From a virus (lineage: Duplodnaviria; Caudoviricetes), in IMG/VR virus record IMGVR_UViG_3300028624_000003, positions 64,001 through 128,000 of that record: a stretch of DNA of 64,000 bases; one strand, 5' to 3'. This document shows, piece by piece, positions 1 to 9,410 of the stretch; the first letter of the stretch is position 1; each line of letters begins with the position of its first letter. The translations under genes and the position numbers were made by a program. A model generated the notes under the pieces. That model made no database searches. It had not been told where the DNA came from and saw only the letters and a program-made list of their open reading frames with translations.

Positions 1-233
1 TAAAGGAAAGATACTTCCTTTCGTACGTCCGGAAAAGAAAAGCTTTCTTGCACCTGCAGAATACGACGAATATGGTGATCCAGATGAGTAAGAATGAAGA
101 TGAAGAAATTGTCGGGTTCTACGGTACAATCGGTGTGGTAGGTACTACCAATTCGAACGGCGAATATGTACCTGACAGTGTGGGACGAAAGTCCGATCTC
201 GATGAAAATGTAGAAGCTCCTGTAGACCAGTAG
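1..233 (+). CDS. 5'-truncated hypothetical protein
   Basis: Frame open from position 3 to TAG at 233; followed by a hairpin. Confidence 0.6.
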   Translation, partial: KERYFLSYVRKRKAFLHLQNTTNMVIQMSKNEDEEIVGFYGTIGVVGTTNSNGEYVPDSVGRKSDLDENVEAPVDQ

Positions 234-263
234 GTAAGACGTGCGGCATAACGGCATAGAGGG

Positions 264-293
264 GCAGAGCAGGGTTGACGGACCCTGCTCTGC
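264..293 (+). terminator. Intergenic hairpin, likely terminator
   Basis: gcagagcagggt / accctgctctgc 12-bp stem after stop. Confidence 0.55.
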
Positions 294-419
294 GTGAAGG
301 AAGGGGCGAGAGTGCGCTAACTTACTCACAATTCCGACCGAGTGAGTATCTGCATTCTGGTGTGGGCTGCAGAGTAGCGCATAGAATTAACATGTGTTAT
401 TTCAATTGACATATGGAAA

Positions 420-435
420 TATATTACAACGATGA
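420..435 (+). promoter_or_regulatory. Putative early promoter
   Basis: tatattac-aacga-tga; matches window-wide motif and phiKZ early consensus TATATTAC. Confidence 0.7.
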
Positions 436-496
436 GAGGCCGGTACTATAATACCCCTCGGTGAGACAACCCATATAACTTAAGGAGCCTTAGGAG

Positions 497-838
497 ATGG
501 AACTCAGCGAACGCGTCGACGGGATTCTTCAACTTTGCGAACACATCGAAAACAACAAGAAGAACTATCCTGACGGGCTGGTAACTGCAGTATCGTTCAA
601 CAACAGAAAGAAGTGCTCGTCGTTCACGATCATGTGTGAAGGCGCCAAACTCTCGGTGGTCGTCGATCCGACCATTCCCAAGTTGTCTGTTCTGGTTGAC
701 GATGGATTTCGCAAGATCCTTCGTGTGGACATTCGCAAGAAGTTGCATTCTGTCGTGGGCGATGGTTCCGTGGTCATCCGTCGTATCGCTCAACACATTC
801 CCGAAATCAGCAAGCTCATCACGCTGTCGGCGAATTAA
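497..838 (+). CDS. Hypothetical early protein
   Basis: 113 aa ORF, aggag RBS, downstream of early motif. Confidence 0.7.
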   Translation: MELSERVDGILQLCEHIENNKKNYPDGLVTAVSFNNRKKCSSFTIMCEGAKLSVVVDPTIPKLSVLVDDGFRKILRVDIRKKLHSVVGDGSVVIRRIAQHIPEISKLITLSAN

Positions 839-851
839 GGAGTGATGCACA

Positions 852-1088
852 ATGAGCAAATGCACAAAGAACAAACCAACCGCACAGGGTACTAAGATTC
901 CTCAACTGGGTAGATGTTTCGATTTCTCCCAGGTTTTCAAAGATCCAGAACCGGAAGATACTTCCACCCAATCTCTTCCGGAACAACACCGACCGGCTAC
1001 TCCTCAACAAGAACCGAGAAGCTATTTTCTAAAGGAGTCCCGACTGACTCCCGCCGAACGTGAGCGGTACGCGAAGAGGTTCAAGTAG
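852..1088 (+). CDS. Hypothetical protein
   Basis: 78 aa ORF, aggag RBS. Confidence 0.6.
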   Translation: MSKCTKNKPTAQGTKIPQLGRCFDFSQVFKDPEPEDTSTQSLPEQHRPATPQQEPRSYFLKESRLTPAERERYAKRFK

Positions 1089-1106
1089 ACCGCGCAACGG
1101 AGATCG

Positions 1107-1583
1107 ATGGTTATGGCTACAACTCGAAATATTTACGACAAAGTGGACTCCCTGATCGCAGCTCGCTGGGTGTCTATTCTGAAGAAGGAACTGCGTGAGC
1201 TGCTCCGTGGTGTAGTAGATGGCGACATCCGTACATCCAAGCACGTGGTTTCTAAGATGTCTAACGGGTCTCTTAGAATAGAAATATCGGACAGCGAAGA
1301 GCCAAGTGATTATGGCATTGTCTATTCGCTCGGAGATAACTCCGTAGTGATTCGCTATCGTACAGGGAGTCGCAGATCCTGCACGGTACGTATGCTGAAC
1401 ACGAGTGGGTACATCACCACTACTGTACAAGCCAGTAGCAAAAAAGTTCCTCAAGCTGGACTGCACTGGTTCCGAAAAGCATTTGATCTGCCCACAGCGA
1501 ATGACGCTCTGGCGACACGTGAAGCGATGCAGTTGAAAGACGAAAAGAGCCTTATCGACTGTTACCTGAAATACTGGGATTAA
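1107..1583 (+). CDS. Hypothetical protein
   Basis: 158 aa ORF, ggag RBS, ends at hairpin. Confidence 0.7.
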   Translation: MVMATTRNIYDKVDSLIAARWVSILKKELRELLRGVVDGDIRTSKHVVSKMSNGSLRIEISDSEEPSDYGIVYSLGDNSVVIRYRTGSRRSCTVRMLNTSGYITTTVQASSKKVPQAGLHWFRKAFDLPTANDALATREAMQLKDEKSLIDCYLKYWD

Positions 1584-1590
1584 CTACTAG

Positions 1591-1621
1591 CTAGAGAGGG
1601 ACGCATTGCGTCCCTCTCTAG
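1591..1621. terminator. Bidirectional hairpin between convergent genes
   Basis: ctagagagggacgc / gcgtccctctctag 14-bp stem. Confidence 0.65.
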
Positions 1622-1622
1622 T

Positions 1623-4178
1623 TCAGGAGATATCCACGTGTCGATTCATTTTTTCTGGTCGGACTATGTTGTTATCAGACAAACACAGAACTTCTCCATC
1701 AGCGAAACCGTCGTAAAGCACAGCTTCATGATGAACCATCCATAGTTGACTGACTAGTCTTTGGTCTATGAGCGAGCGTAGCCAGTCTAGTAGGGCACCT
1801 TTGTGTGCATGGTCAAAACCTTCGTCACATTCATCCAGATATATTGGATAGTCCGTCAGATTTTTGCAAAGAACGAATGCTAATGTCCATGCCAGATTCA
1901 TCATCGCTTCTTGCGCTTTACTGAGCGACTCTAGATCTGGTACCACCACATCGTCCACCTGTACCTTGAATGTACCGTCAAATGTATCCGTATATGTGAG
2001 CGGTATGACACTGAATGGATAAGACCACACTTGCGCTAACACACAGTTCACGTTGTGAATGAGTGAATTGGCGAAGTCTATCATGTGCCGGTGAGGAAAC
2101 CCGGTATACGGTGAGATACTTCTAGCTACATGCTCTAACTCTATTTTTCGTGTAGTGATCGTGGACGCAGTATCTTCCGCATCTTTGAGTCTGGCTATAA
2201 GACCAGTCTGATCTTTCAGTGAGTTGTCAATTTCTCGTAACTGAGTGTTCAGCTCATCTATTCTAGTTTTAACTGCAGATATTTGCAGATCACAGAACTC
2301 GAGATTCATCTTCGATATGTCGCGATTTATGATCTGCGATAGACGCTCCTGATACTCCTCTATTTTGGATTTCACGTATACAAAACGCTCGGTGTCTGTG
2401 AGATGTTTTGTACGTTCCTTCAGATAAGTTTCGTCGGTACGTATATCTGTCTGCAAGTCACTGAACTTCTGTTTTGTACGATTCAACAACGAGTGAATGA
2501 AGTCGATAGATGCTGCTCCAGACTCTTGCATCTTTTTCAGCTTGTCTAAGATTGTTTGTTTTCGATGCTCGAGTTCTTCTTGCTGGTCATAGAGAGACGC
2601 CATTGCTAACGTCTGCGTCAGTTCTACTATCAGTTGATTGGGATTCCTGTATAGAACTTCTTGCAGATCTTCCAACTTCTTGTTGGATTTAGTGTTCTGT
2701 AAAGAATATTGAATTTCGTAGATACAATCTAGAGCATCTTTGTACTTCAGATAGTTTTCGTTAAGCTTCTCGAATCCACGACTTGCTATCCGTTCTTTTC
2801 TCTGAAGTTCTGATATATACATCCTAGCTGCTTCTTTCTTGCTAGTGAGATCCTTCATCTTCTCTTTGTAATGCTTCAGTAAATCACACGACGTTTCTTC
2901 GTACTGACATGGTACATCCATCTTCAGAGCCATCAGTTCTTTTTCTGACTCTTCTAGAATGGATATTTCTGAAGCTATTGTTGATTTCAGATACGTACTT
3001 TTTCGAATGAACAGATCTACTTTGTCCGCAAACTTCTTGACCAAAGTTGCAGTCACTTTAGACTTCAGTCTAAATTCAGTATATCTATTGATTCGTTCTA
3101 TTGTGTAGTTGTACTGTACAGTATGCACAGTAACTTCATCTAACGGAATTCGAGGATACCGTAAATCTAGTTTTTGTAGAATCTCTGAACTCTTCATGTC
3201 AATCAGTTTGAGTTCATTTTCCAGAAGCTCAATGGTTTCTCCTGATTCTGCCGTCTGAAGATGATTCATGTACAGTTCGATATCCTGCTGCAATCTGCCG
3301 AGATCACGATATCTTTCATCCAGCTTCTCTTTTGCTGAATCTATAATGATCTTGTTACGAACCACGTCTTCTTTGTATTGCGATAGTTCCCAGTTTCTGG
3401 GTACTTCGTGAAGTCCTACCAGCATCTTAGTCAGCGTAGTCTTACATGACTTTATAATAGACGCGGCAGTGATGTCGTCAGGTATGCTAGGTAGTTCGGC
3501 TATTTCAGCCAGAATTTGACCCCTCAAATTATTCAGATAGAACAGCTCACTAGTGTAGTTGGTCAGCTCGGCGTTCTTTGTCTTTCTCTGTTCCTCTAAA
3601 GATTCTCGTATATTGTCTGCCAGAAGTTTTGACTTGATTTCCTGAATCTTTCCGTTCAGTAGTGTCAAGTTATTTTTGCATTCCTTGATTCGTGATACTA
3701 TCAGCTTGTACTTATCTAGCACTATGGTCAGATCGATAGGGTTCAATGTAAGTAGGAACTGTCTTCTCTCTGCTTTACCCATTGAACACATCTTTTGGGA
3801 CATGTGCAGAAGTTTGTGTGTCGTTGTATCGTATCCCAGATGGTGTTGTACTAGCTCATTCTGTATCCCGGATGTTCCACTTGTATTTAAGTCCACTCCG
3901 TCTTTTATGAAAGAATGAGCGTGTCCTGATTTAGTGAAATCGGAGATCAGATCGTAGGTTGAACCTTCGTGTTCGATCACGAGATGTTTGGATCCACCCT
4001 TCCCGTACGAAGAGCTTACTGCAGCCATTGGGTGTAACTCATTCAGTAACGAGGTTTTCCCGCTACCGTTGTCACCAACTAGAATCTGAATCGGAGATGT
4101 GGCAGTAAGAGAAAGCTTGTTGACTTTTGCTAATTTGAAGGGATTGAATTTGTGTATTTTTGCGAACTTTATTTGCAT
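1623..4178 (-). CDS. sbcC: SbcC/Rad50-like SMC-family ATPase
   Basis: N-terminal Walker A GDNGSGKT, long coiled coil, C-terminal LSKAQ signature-like motif and Walker B IYLDECD, H-loop. Confidence 0.88.
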   Translation of the reverse strand: MQIKFAKIHKFNPFKLAKVNKLSLTATSPIQILVGDNGSGKTSLLNELHPMAAVSSSYGKGGSKHLVIEHEGSTYDLISDFTKSGHAHSFIKDGVDLNTSGTSGIQNELVQHHLGYDTTTHKLLHMSQKMCSMGKAERRQFLLTLNPIDLTIVLDKYKLIVSRIKECKNNLTLLNGKIQEIKSKLLADNIRESLEEQRKTKNAELTNYTSELFYLNNLRGQILAEIAELPSIPDDITAASIIKSCKTTLTKMLVGLHEVPRNWELSQYKEDVVRNKIIIDSAKEKLDERYRDLGRLQQDIELYMNHLQTAESGETIELLENELKLIDMKSSEILQKLDLRYPRIPLDEVTVHTVQYNYTIERINRYTEFRLKSKVTATLVKKFADKVDLFIRKSTYLKSTIASEISILEESEKELMALKMDVPCQYEETSCDLLKHYKEKMKDLTSKKEAARMYISELQRKERIASRGFEKLNENYLKYKDALDCIYEIQYSLQNTKSNKKLEDLQEVLYRNPNQLIVELTQTLAMASLYDQQEELEHRKQTILDKLKKMQESGAASIDFIHSLLNRTKQKFSDLQTDIRTDETYLKERTKHLTDTERFVYVKSKIEEYQERLSQIINRDISKMNLEFCDLQISAVKTRIDELNTQLREIDNSLKDQTGLIARLKDAEDTASTITTRKIELEHVARSISPYTGFPHRHMIDFANSLIHNVNCVLAQVWSYPFSVIPLTYTDTFDGTFKVQVDDVVVPDLESLSKAQEAMMNLAWTLAFVLCKNLTDYPIYLDECDEGFDHAHKGALLDWLRSLIDQRLVSQLWMVHHEAVLYDGFADGEVLCLSDNNIVRPEKMNRHVDIS

Positions 4179-4290
4179 TGGATCCTCCTTATTTTGAGGT
4201 ATACAATTGGCTCACTGTGTAGGAATTAAGTCGCTAATTTTATGTGTTGCGGTTAAAAATTAAAGATCACCTCTATGTTAGGAGGGTATA

Positions 4291-4650
4291 ATGGCAATTG
4301 GCTTCAAAAGCATGCAAGCGTTCGTCAAGAATACGATACATCCGTATATCGTGAACTTGCGCGATCTCTGGCGTGACGATGTCGCATGGCTGAAGTCACT
4401 AATAGACGCACTCGATGCCCGGTTGACTCAGGCTATCATAGACTGGAACAATCGGCTTAATGCGTTAGACGTTCGACTCAGTAATGCTATCAACTCGGTT
4501 ACGGCATCGCTCGATACCCACGCAAACCGTAAAGACAACCCACACCGGGTAAAGACCATTCAAACCGTATACGGTGGAACGTCTTATACCACACCACCTT
4601 CCGACTCACAAGGTGAAGTGGGTGACATCTATATCGAGCGTATCAACTAA
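4291..4650 (+). CDS. Short tail-fibre-like virion protein
   Basis: Coiled coil, HANRKDNPH motif, C-terminal PPSDSQGEVGDIYI fibre motif. Confidence 0.6.
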   Translation: MAIGFKSMQAFVKNTIHPYIVNLRDLWRDDVAWLKSLIDALDARLTQAIIDWNNRLNALDVRLSNAINSVTASLDTHANRKDNPHRVKTIQTVYGGTSYTTPPSDSQGEVGDIYIERIN

Positions 4651-4676
4651 TTACCTATCCCAGCGAGGCTAAATTC

Positions 4677-5615
4677 ATGGATATTGCACAATCGATCGTG
4701 TCGTTCAAATACGAACGCGGCCGTACCTCGTTTCTCGTAATCGACGGTTACGGATCTTTCCAACTCGATCAGTTCGAAAGTGCGGAATTCCCCTTCGATA
4801 ACGAAGGTACCCTTCTGTACGAACGTGACGAGCCAGAACAGTGCGTATACGGTCCTAAGTGGGACCGCAAGATGAGCGATGATCAGATCGCCAAGGTTCG
4901 TGAATTCGCAGGGACTCTTCCTGAGTCTCTTGAAATGCCTTTTACCGCGTACGATCCTGAAAGGGACAACATCTACGTGGGAGAAATGAGCATCAAAGAA
5001 GCTCGCAATGCTGGGTACGTCTGTACTACTGCACGACTCGATCATCCTGCATCCAAATTCGATGTCGCGAAATCCGCATGGACCCGAGTCAAAGCGGTTA
5101 TCACCGATGAAGGTACACTGGTACTCGACCCGTCTGGTTTCTGCGATCGGTGTGTCCTTTTCATGGATGAAGCAGAATGGTCTGTATTCCCGCATCCTGA
5201 CGAAGAACTCATCTCGATGGGAGTACTCAGGTACAATTTCAGTACTTCCACGTGGGACGACACACGCAGCAGCACAGATCTCCTTGACTCTCTTCGCATG
5301 AAGATTCACTCCGAGTGCGAGATGAAGATGATGAAGAAGGTTCAGGAGAGTGAAGTAAGCTGCTACGTGTGGAACTACAATACGGAAATCCTCCGCCAGC
5401 TTCGCAGAATGGCGGAAGTGAGTGGTTCCGAATTCCGTGGAGCTAACGAGATCGACGATCTCGATAACTTCGAGAAGGCTTTGAACTTGTTCCGTGTTCG
5501 TGCGATCAATAAGGTCGAAGATCTTCGTGCACTTGACGAATCTCAGGTGACGAAGGAATCCATTGCCGCACTCGAAACTGCGATCATTGCCGAACTGGAA
5601 TCATTCGCAAAGTAG
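4677..5615 (+). CDS. Putative tail fibre assembly/chaperone protein (paralogue of 36083-37006)
   Basis: Follows fibre gene; shares motif series with 36083-37006. Confidence 0.5.
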   Translation: MDIAQSIVSFKYERGRTSFLVIDGYGSFQLDQFESAEFPFDNEGTLLYERDEPEQCVYGPKWDRKMSDDQIAKVREFAGTLPESLEMPFTAYDPERDNIYVGEMSIKEARNAGYVCTTARLDHPASKFDVAKSAWTRVKAVITDEGTLVLDPSGFCDRCVLFMDEAEWSVFPHPDEELISMGVLRYNFSTSTWDDTRSSTDLLDSLRMKIHSECEMKMMKKVQESEVSCYVWNYNTEILRQLRRMAEVSGSEFRGANEIDDLDNFEKALNLFRVRAINKVEDLRALDESQVTKESIAALETAIIAELESFAK

Positions 5616-5622
5616 ATTACAC

Positions 5623-5656
5623 CATGAGAGATGCCCTGTTAGAGGCATCTCTCATG
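5623..5656 (+). terminator. Hairpin
   Basis: catgagagatgcc / ggcatctctcatg. Confidence 0.6.
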
Positions 5657-5750
5657 TATTCGATTTATGTCCATTCTGTAAAACTCTACAGGTGAATGCA
5701 ATTGTATAGTCTTCCCCAAAAATTTAAAAGCACAACCTGGGAGTACTCCC

Positions 5751-6683
5751 ATGAATTATACACCAGATCTCGAAACCCGGATGTCGACTGATGCGGAATT
5801 TGTGTGTTCCACAGTAGTCAACGATGTCGCGTACATTACAAATGCCACAGGAATCATCACCATCGACATGCATGTCAATAATGCAGAACATCGTGCACTA
5901 GTTCAGCACGCCAAGCGCGAAGGTAAAATTCTGGTACACCACATCAACTCTCCTACACTCAAGAAGTACGATCGTGTCGATATCTACAAGAAAGAATATT
6001 CCGAGTCCATTGACGTGTTCTGGTTGGTACAGCATTCCGGGCTGTTCGACGATACTTACGCAGTACGTTTTGATGAACACCCTGCCACCTGCCCATGTTG
6101 TGGTAGCTTCACAGTGCTGGATGAACTTGGTCTACACTGCATTAATTCACGGTGTGCTGCAAAAGTGTACAGATCGCTTATGCTCTACTGTGAGTGTTTC
6201 TATTCAGAGATCATCATGTCTGACTACCTATTACAGATACTCAGACGTCTGCTTCTAAATGATATCATTTCAGGTATACCTGATTTGTATGAAGTTACGG
6301 TCGAGCAAATCGATCAGTTGCAGATACCACGAGAAGATGCAATTGAGTTCGTTGAGCTGATACAAAGTAGACGAGGACATATCTCGTTCGAAAAGTATTT
6401 GACGTCTCTTAACATCGAATATTGGGCATATCTGGAGGACTACCCACAGTCACGTTCGGATAGTCCAAACACTGCCAGAATTCCCTTACTGCGTGAGGAT
6501 TCTGGTGCATTCCCTGACGTTGCTTCTTTTTGGGACTGGATGAAGAACATCGTTGATAGTGAGAGTTCGCCTCGTCCGTACATGAACGAAAGGATGTTCT
6601 ATTTAGTCTACAGATTCTTCTCGTGTTTGGAAAACAGAAAGGACTTGTACAGGTTGGAAGAACTGGGGGTCTTTCGTAAGTAA
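5751..6683 (+). CDS. NAD-dependent DNA ligase-like C-terminal domains (OB, Zn finger, HhH) without adenylation domain
   Basis: PATCPCCGS-x10-CINSRC Zn finger, then IPDLYEVT...YLTSLNI resembling LigA HhH; no KxDG. Confidence 0.65.
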   Translation: MNYTPDLETRMSTDAEFVCSTVVNDVAYITNATGIITIDMHVNNAEHRALVQHAKREGKILVHHINSPTLKKYDRVDIYKKEYSESIDVFWLVQHSGLFDDTYAVRFDEHPATCPCCGSFTVLDELGLHCINSRCAAKVYRSLMLYCECFYSEIIMSDYLLQILRRLLLNDIISGIPDLYEVTVEQIDQLQIPREDAIEFVELIQSRRGHISFEKYLTSLNIEYWAYLEDYPQSRSDSPNTARIPLLREDSGAFPDVASFWDWMKNIVDSESSPRPYMNERMFYLVYRFFSCLENRKDLYRLEELGVFRK

Positions 6684-6685
6684 AC

Positions 6686-6716
6686 ACACTAGGTGAGGGA
6701 TTACCTCACCTAGTGT
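6686..6716 (+). terminator. Hairpin
   Basis: acactaggtgagg / cctcacctagtgt. Confidence 0.6.
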
Positions 6717-6738
6717 AAATTCATCATTATGTCAGATA

Positions 6739-6754
6739 TACATTATAATTTTGA
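6739..6754 (+). promoter_or_regulatory. Putative early promoter
   Basis: tacattat-aattt-tga. Confidence 0.55.
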
Positions 6755-6850
6755 TGACCACATGAATTTCGTGTACATTAAAACACGCTGTGCACAATAT
6801 TGTGCACATAGTCCACCAACCCTTAACACATCTCCACAGCGGAGGACCCA

Positions 6851-7324
6851 ATGGAAGAGAACATCAAGACGGTTGAAGACGCTGCACGCTTCTTCAAGGA
6901 AAAGGGCGTCACGAAGGAAAACGGCACTGTCGTGCTGGCCAAGCCTGCGTACCTCGAATTCATGGCCGGCTGCGGCATCCCGAAGAAAGCGGTCGATCAG
7001 GTCACGCAAGCCAACTCGATGCTCATCGAAGCCGGGGTGGAAGTCGCCACCGGCGTGCTCACCAGCAAGATCAACGAAGGCAAGAAGGCCGGCAAGAATC
7101 CCAAGGAAAATCCTGTCGACTCGCGTGTCATCGTCGAGACTTCTGACGGCCGCATCGAAATCGCCCAGACCAGCTACCGTACCCGCCCCAACAACATGGC
7201 AGGTCCCGGCCAGATGTCGGAATCCTTCGGTCGTACGACCGTCAACCAGCGCTTCGGTCGTGCATACCCCAAGGGTAAGCGTGCCGAAATCAGTGAGCGT
7301 ATCCGCGCTCTGATCGAAGGGTAA
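6851..7324 (+). CDS. Hypothetical, probably highly expressed basic protein
   Basis: ggagg RBS; strong C-ending codon bias as in capsid gene. Confidence 0.75.
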   Translation: MEENIKTVEDAARFFKEKGVTKENGTVVLAKPAYLEFMAGCGIPKKAVDQVTQANSMLIEAGVEVATGVLTSKINEGKKAGKNPKENPVDSRVIVETSDGRIEIAQTSYRTRPNNMAGPGQMSESFGRTTVNQRFGRAYPKGKRAEISERIRALIEG

Positions 7325-7347
7325 TCCCAGAAGATCCCGGCCTCATA

Positions 7348-7379
7348 AGGGCGGTAGACTCTTCTCGGTTTGCCGCCCT
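7348..7379 (+). terminator. Hairpin with short U tract
   Basis: agggcggtagac / gtttgccgccct then cttt. Confidence 0.55.
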
Positions 7380-7604
7380 CTTTAAAACGATTACGTTATC
7401 AAATTGGCTAGGGTTAGATAAGGGTGGAAGGCAAAGGGGAGTGCTCGTTGTGAGCACTCCCCTGCGTCTCAAGTTTATGCTGCATTACGTGTGGAGAAGT
7501 CTACCTATACTGGTGGCTTTCTTCACCTACGTAAATAAATATACATCGGCTGGAAAGTTTTTATTCTGAAACGAACATATAACTTCCTCAAAAGGAGTTG
7601 ACTC

Positions 7605-8654
7605 ATGATCGACGTAACTAGCCTTCTCAAGAATATCTTCGGGCATGCGACCAACGATGGTTCCGACTCGCCGGAAGCACCGATCTTCGGATTGGTGGTC
7701 AGAGAAATGGGGCATCCTTCGGTACGGCACGGCAAAATCATACGTTACGGGGATGACGTGACTCCTTCACGTGTGACTCTCAATCCTGAGCTGTACTACA
7801 GTAGCCCCTGTACCTCCACGTTCATCAAGACCAAAGAAATCGAGGTCACTGACGAGTATGACGCACAAGAAGTGGTCGTGCTTGTCGGAGACACGATCGA
7901 AATCAATGCACGGCTTGCGGCAAAATGCGTGGTCCTGATCGCAAACAAGATCACCATGTCTGCGGACATCTGCGCAAAGTACCTGTATTGCGGGTCGCTC
8001 GAGCATTGTGATGTGGAGGGTAAGCTCTCGAATGTGTACTGCGCACGAATTCGCACGTACTGCATGGCGGATGAGTTCGAAGCAGTCAAATGCACCATCG
8101 GTAAGACCATCGAAGGTGCACGAGACGCGGAGATGAACGCGGCAGAGTCGCTCAAGTACGTCAACGCGGCCACGAAAACGATTCGTACTCTCGTGGAAAG
8201 AAAACATGAACTGGAGGATTCCGTATCGGAAACTGATCGTTTCTGGTGCAACACGCAAAACACGCAGAACCTGAAGAAAACTTCGCACCCCACGATCACC
8301 GACTGGCTTGTGGATTCGAGTGATACGAGTACTGTCGATAAGAGTACGGTATCTCACGAAACTTCCAAACCGGTAACAAGCGAAGAATCTTCGACTCCTT
8401 CCCAGGAGCAGGCCGCATCGGTGTCCGGCACTTCTGAGGATGTGGAAGCACCGCGACAGACCAACATCAGATTCGATGCAGTCGATGATGCGGACACTGA
8501 CGAAGAGCTCGATATACCTGACTTGTTCCTGATCGGCAAAGGTGGCAGCATTGACGACAGGATCAAGCCCACGGTAGTCACCGATTCGACTACCACCGAT
8601 GAGACTACCGAGCAAAACAAGCAGACGGTCACGACTCGTCGGCGCAGTAAGTGA
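7605..8654 (+). CDS. Hypothetical protein, possible beta-helix segment and acidic S/T-rich tail
   Basis: 349 aa ORF, aggag RBS. Confidence 0.7.
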   Translation: MIDVTSLLKNIFGHATNDGSDSPEAPIFGLVVREMGHPSVRHGKIIRYGDDVTPSRVTLNPELYYSSPCTSTFIKTKEIEVTDEYDAQEVVVLVGDTIEINARLAAKCVVLIANKITMSADICAKYLYCGSLEHCDVEGKLSNVYCARIRTYCMADEFEAVKCTIGKTIEGARDAEMNAAESLKYVNAATKTIRTLVERKHELEDSVSETDRFWCNTQNTQNLKKTSHPTITDWLVDSSDTSTVDKSTVSHETSKPVTSEESSTPSQEQAASVSGTSEDVEAPRQTNIRFDAVDDADTDEELDIPDLFLIGKGGSIDDRIKPTVVTDSTTTDETTEQNKQTVTTRRRSK

Positions 8655-8660
8655 ACGGAC

Positions 8661-8699
8661 CAGGAGGGGGATAAAACCCCCCTCCTGTCTTTAATTTTT
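8661..8699 (+). terminator. Rho-independent terminator
   Basis: caggaggggg / ccccctcctg followed by T-rich tract. Confidence 0.7.
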
Positions 8700-8716
8700 T
8701 GTATATATAACTGCAG

Positions 8717-8747
8717 CTGAGAGGTACCTCGGATGGGTACCTCTCAG
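8717..8747 (-). terminator. Hairpin downstream of ruvC
   Basis: ctgagaggtacc / ggtacctctcag. Confidence 0.6.
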
Positions 8748-8766
8748 TATGTATTTTTGGTGGACA

Positions 8767-9390
8767 TTAGAACATGTGGATCAATTCAGTTTTTGCAAAA
8801 GCATATCCGACGGATATAGCGTCTGCGTCGTGTTCACAAAGAGCCACTGCGTTTTCTTCACTCAGTTGATCTTTGTGTACGGGAACTACGTCAAATGAGA
8901 TTTCAGGATTGGACAGGACAGATTCGATTACTTCGACTTTGTTACTGGTTCCTCTACCTGAGATCGCCAACTTGATTGTCGAGGGAGCAAGTTTGTGCAA
9001 CTTACTAGCAGTCAGCGGGATGCTATTTTCATCTTTGTAAAGATGAAATAACGTACGAGAGATTACGTGAATACACAGCAGAAGCGCAGCGTGTGCACCT
9101 GGTGTACGACTGTTGAAGTAGGTATCTTCAGATACCACGTAATCTGGTTGATATTTTTTCATCAACCTGCACACTTCGTCCTCGACCACATCGAGAGCGA
9201 TTAGTCTGGTACCGTGTTCGAGTACTGCGTCTTTTTGTTTCTTAGCCATTCGAGTGGCATGTGTCACACCGTGACAGCGTACGCGGTAGTCGATAGGGTC
9301 TACTTGGTAGTCACCTATAGCCCACCCGAGGTTGGTGGTACCAGGGTCAAATGAGAGGATCCGTTTGGTGATAGGTGCTGCACGTTCCAT
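8767..9390 (-). CDS. ruvC: RuvC-like Holliday junction resolvase
   Basis: ILSFDPGTTNLGWA, VVSED, PSTIK, EHDADA motifs. Confidence 0.88.
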   Translation of the reverse strand: MERAAPITKRILSFDPGTTNLGWAIGDYQVDPIDYRVRCHGVTHATRMAKKQKDAVLEHGTRLIALDVVEDEVCRLMKKYQPDYVVSEDTYFNSRTPGAHAALLLCIHVISRTLFHLYKDENSIPLTASKLHKLAPSTIKLAISGRGTSNKVEVIESVLSNPEISFDVVPVHKDQLSEENAVALCEHDADAISVGYAFAKTELIHMF

Positions 9391-9410
9391 ATCAAACCTT
9401 GAGACGATGG

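Noticed and set aside
7325-7530. tRNA or ncRNA in a hairpin-rich gap
   Set aside because: No T-loop or cloverleaf; explained adequately by terminator-like hairpins
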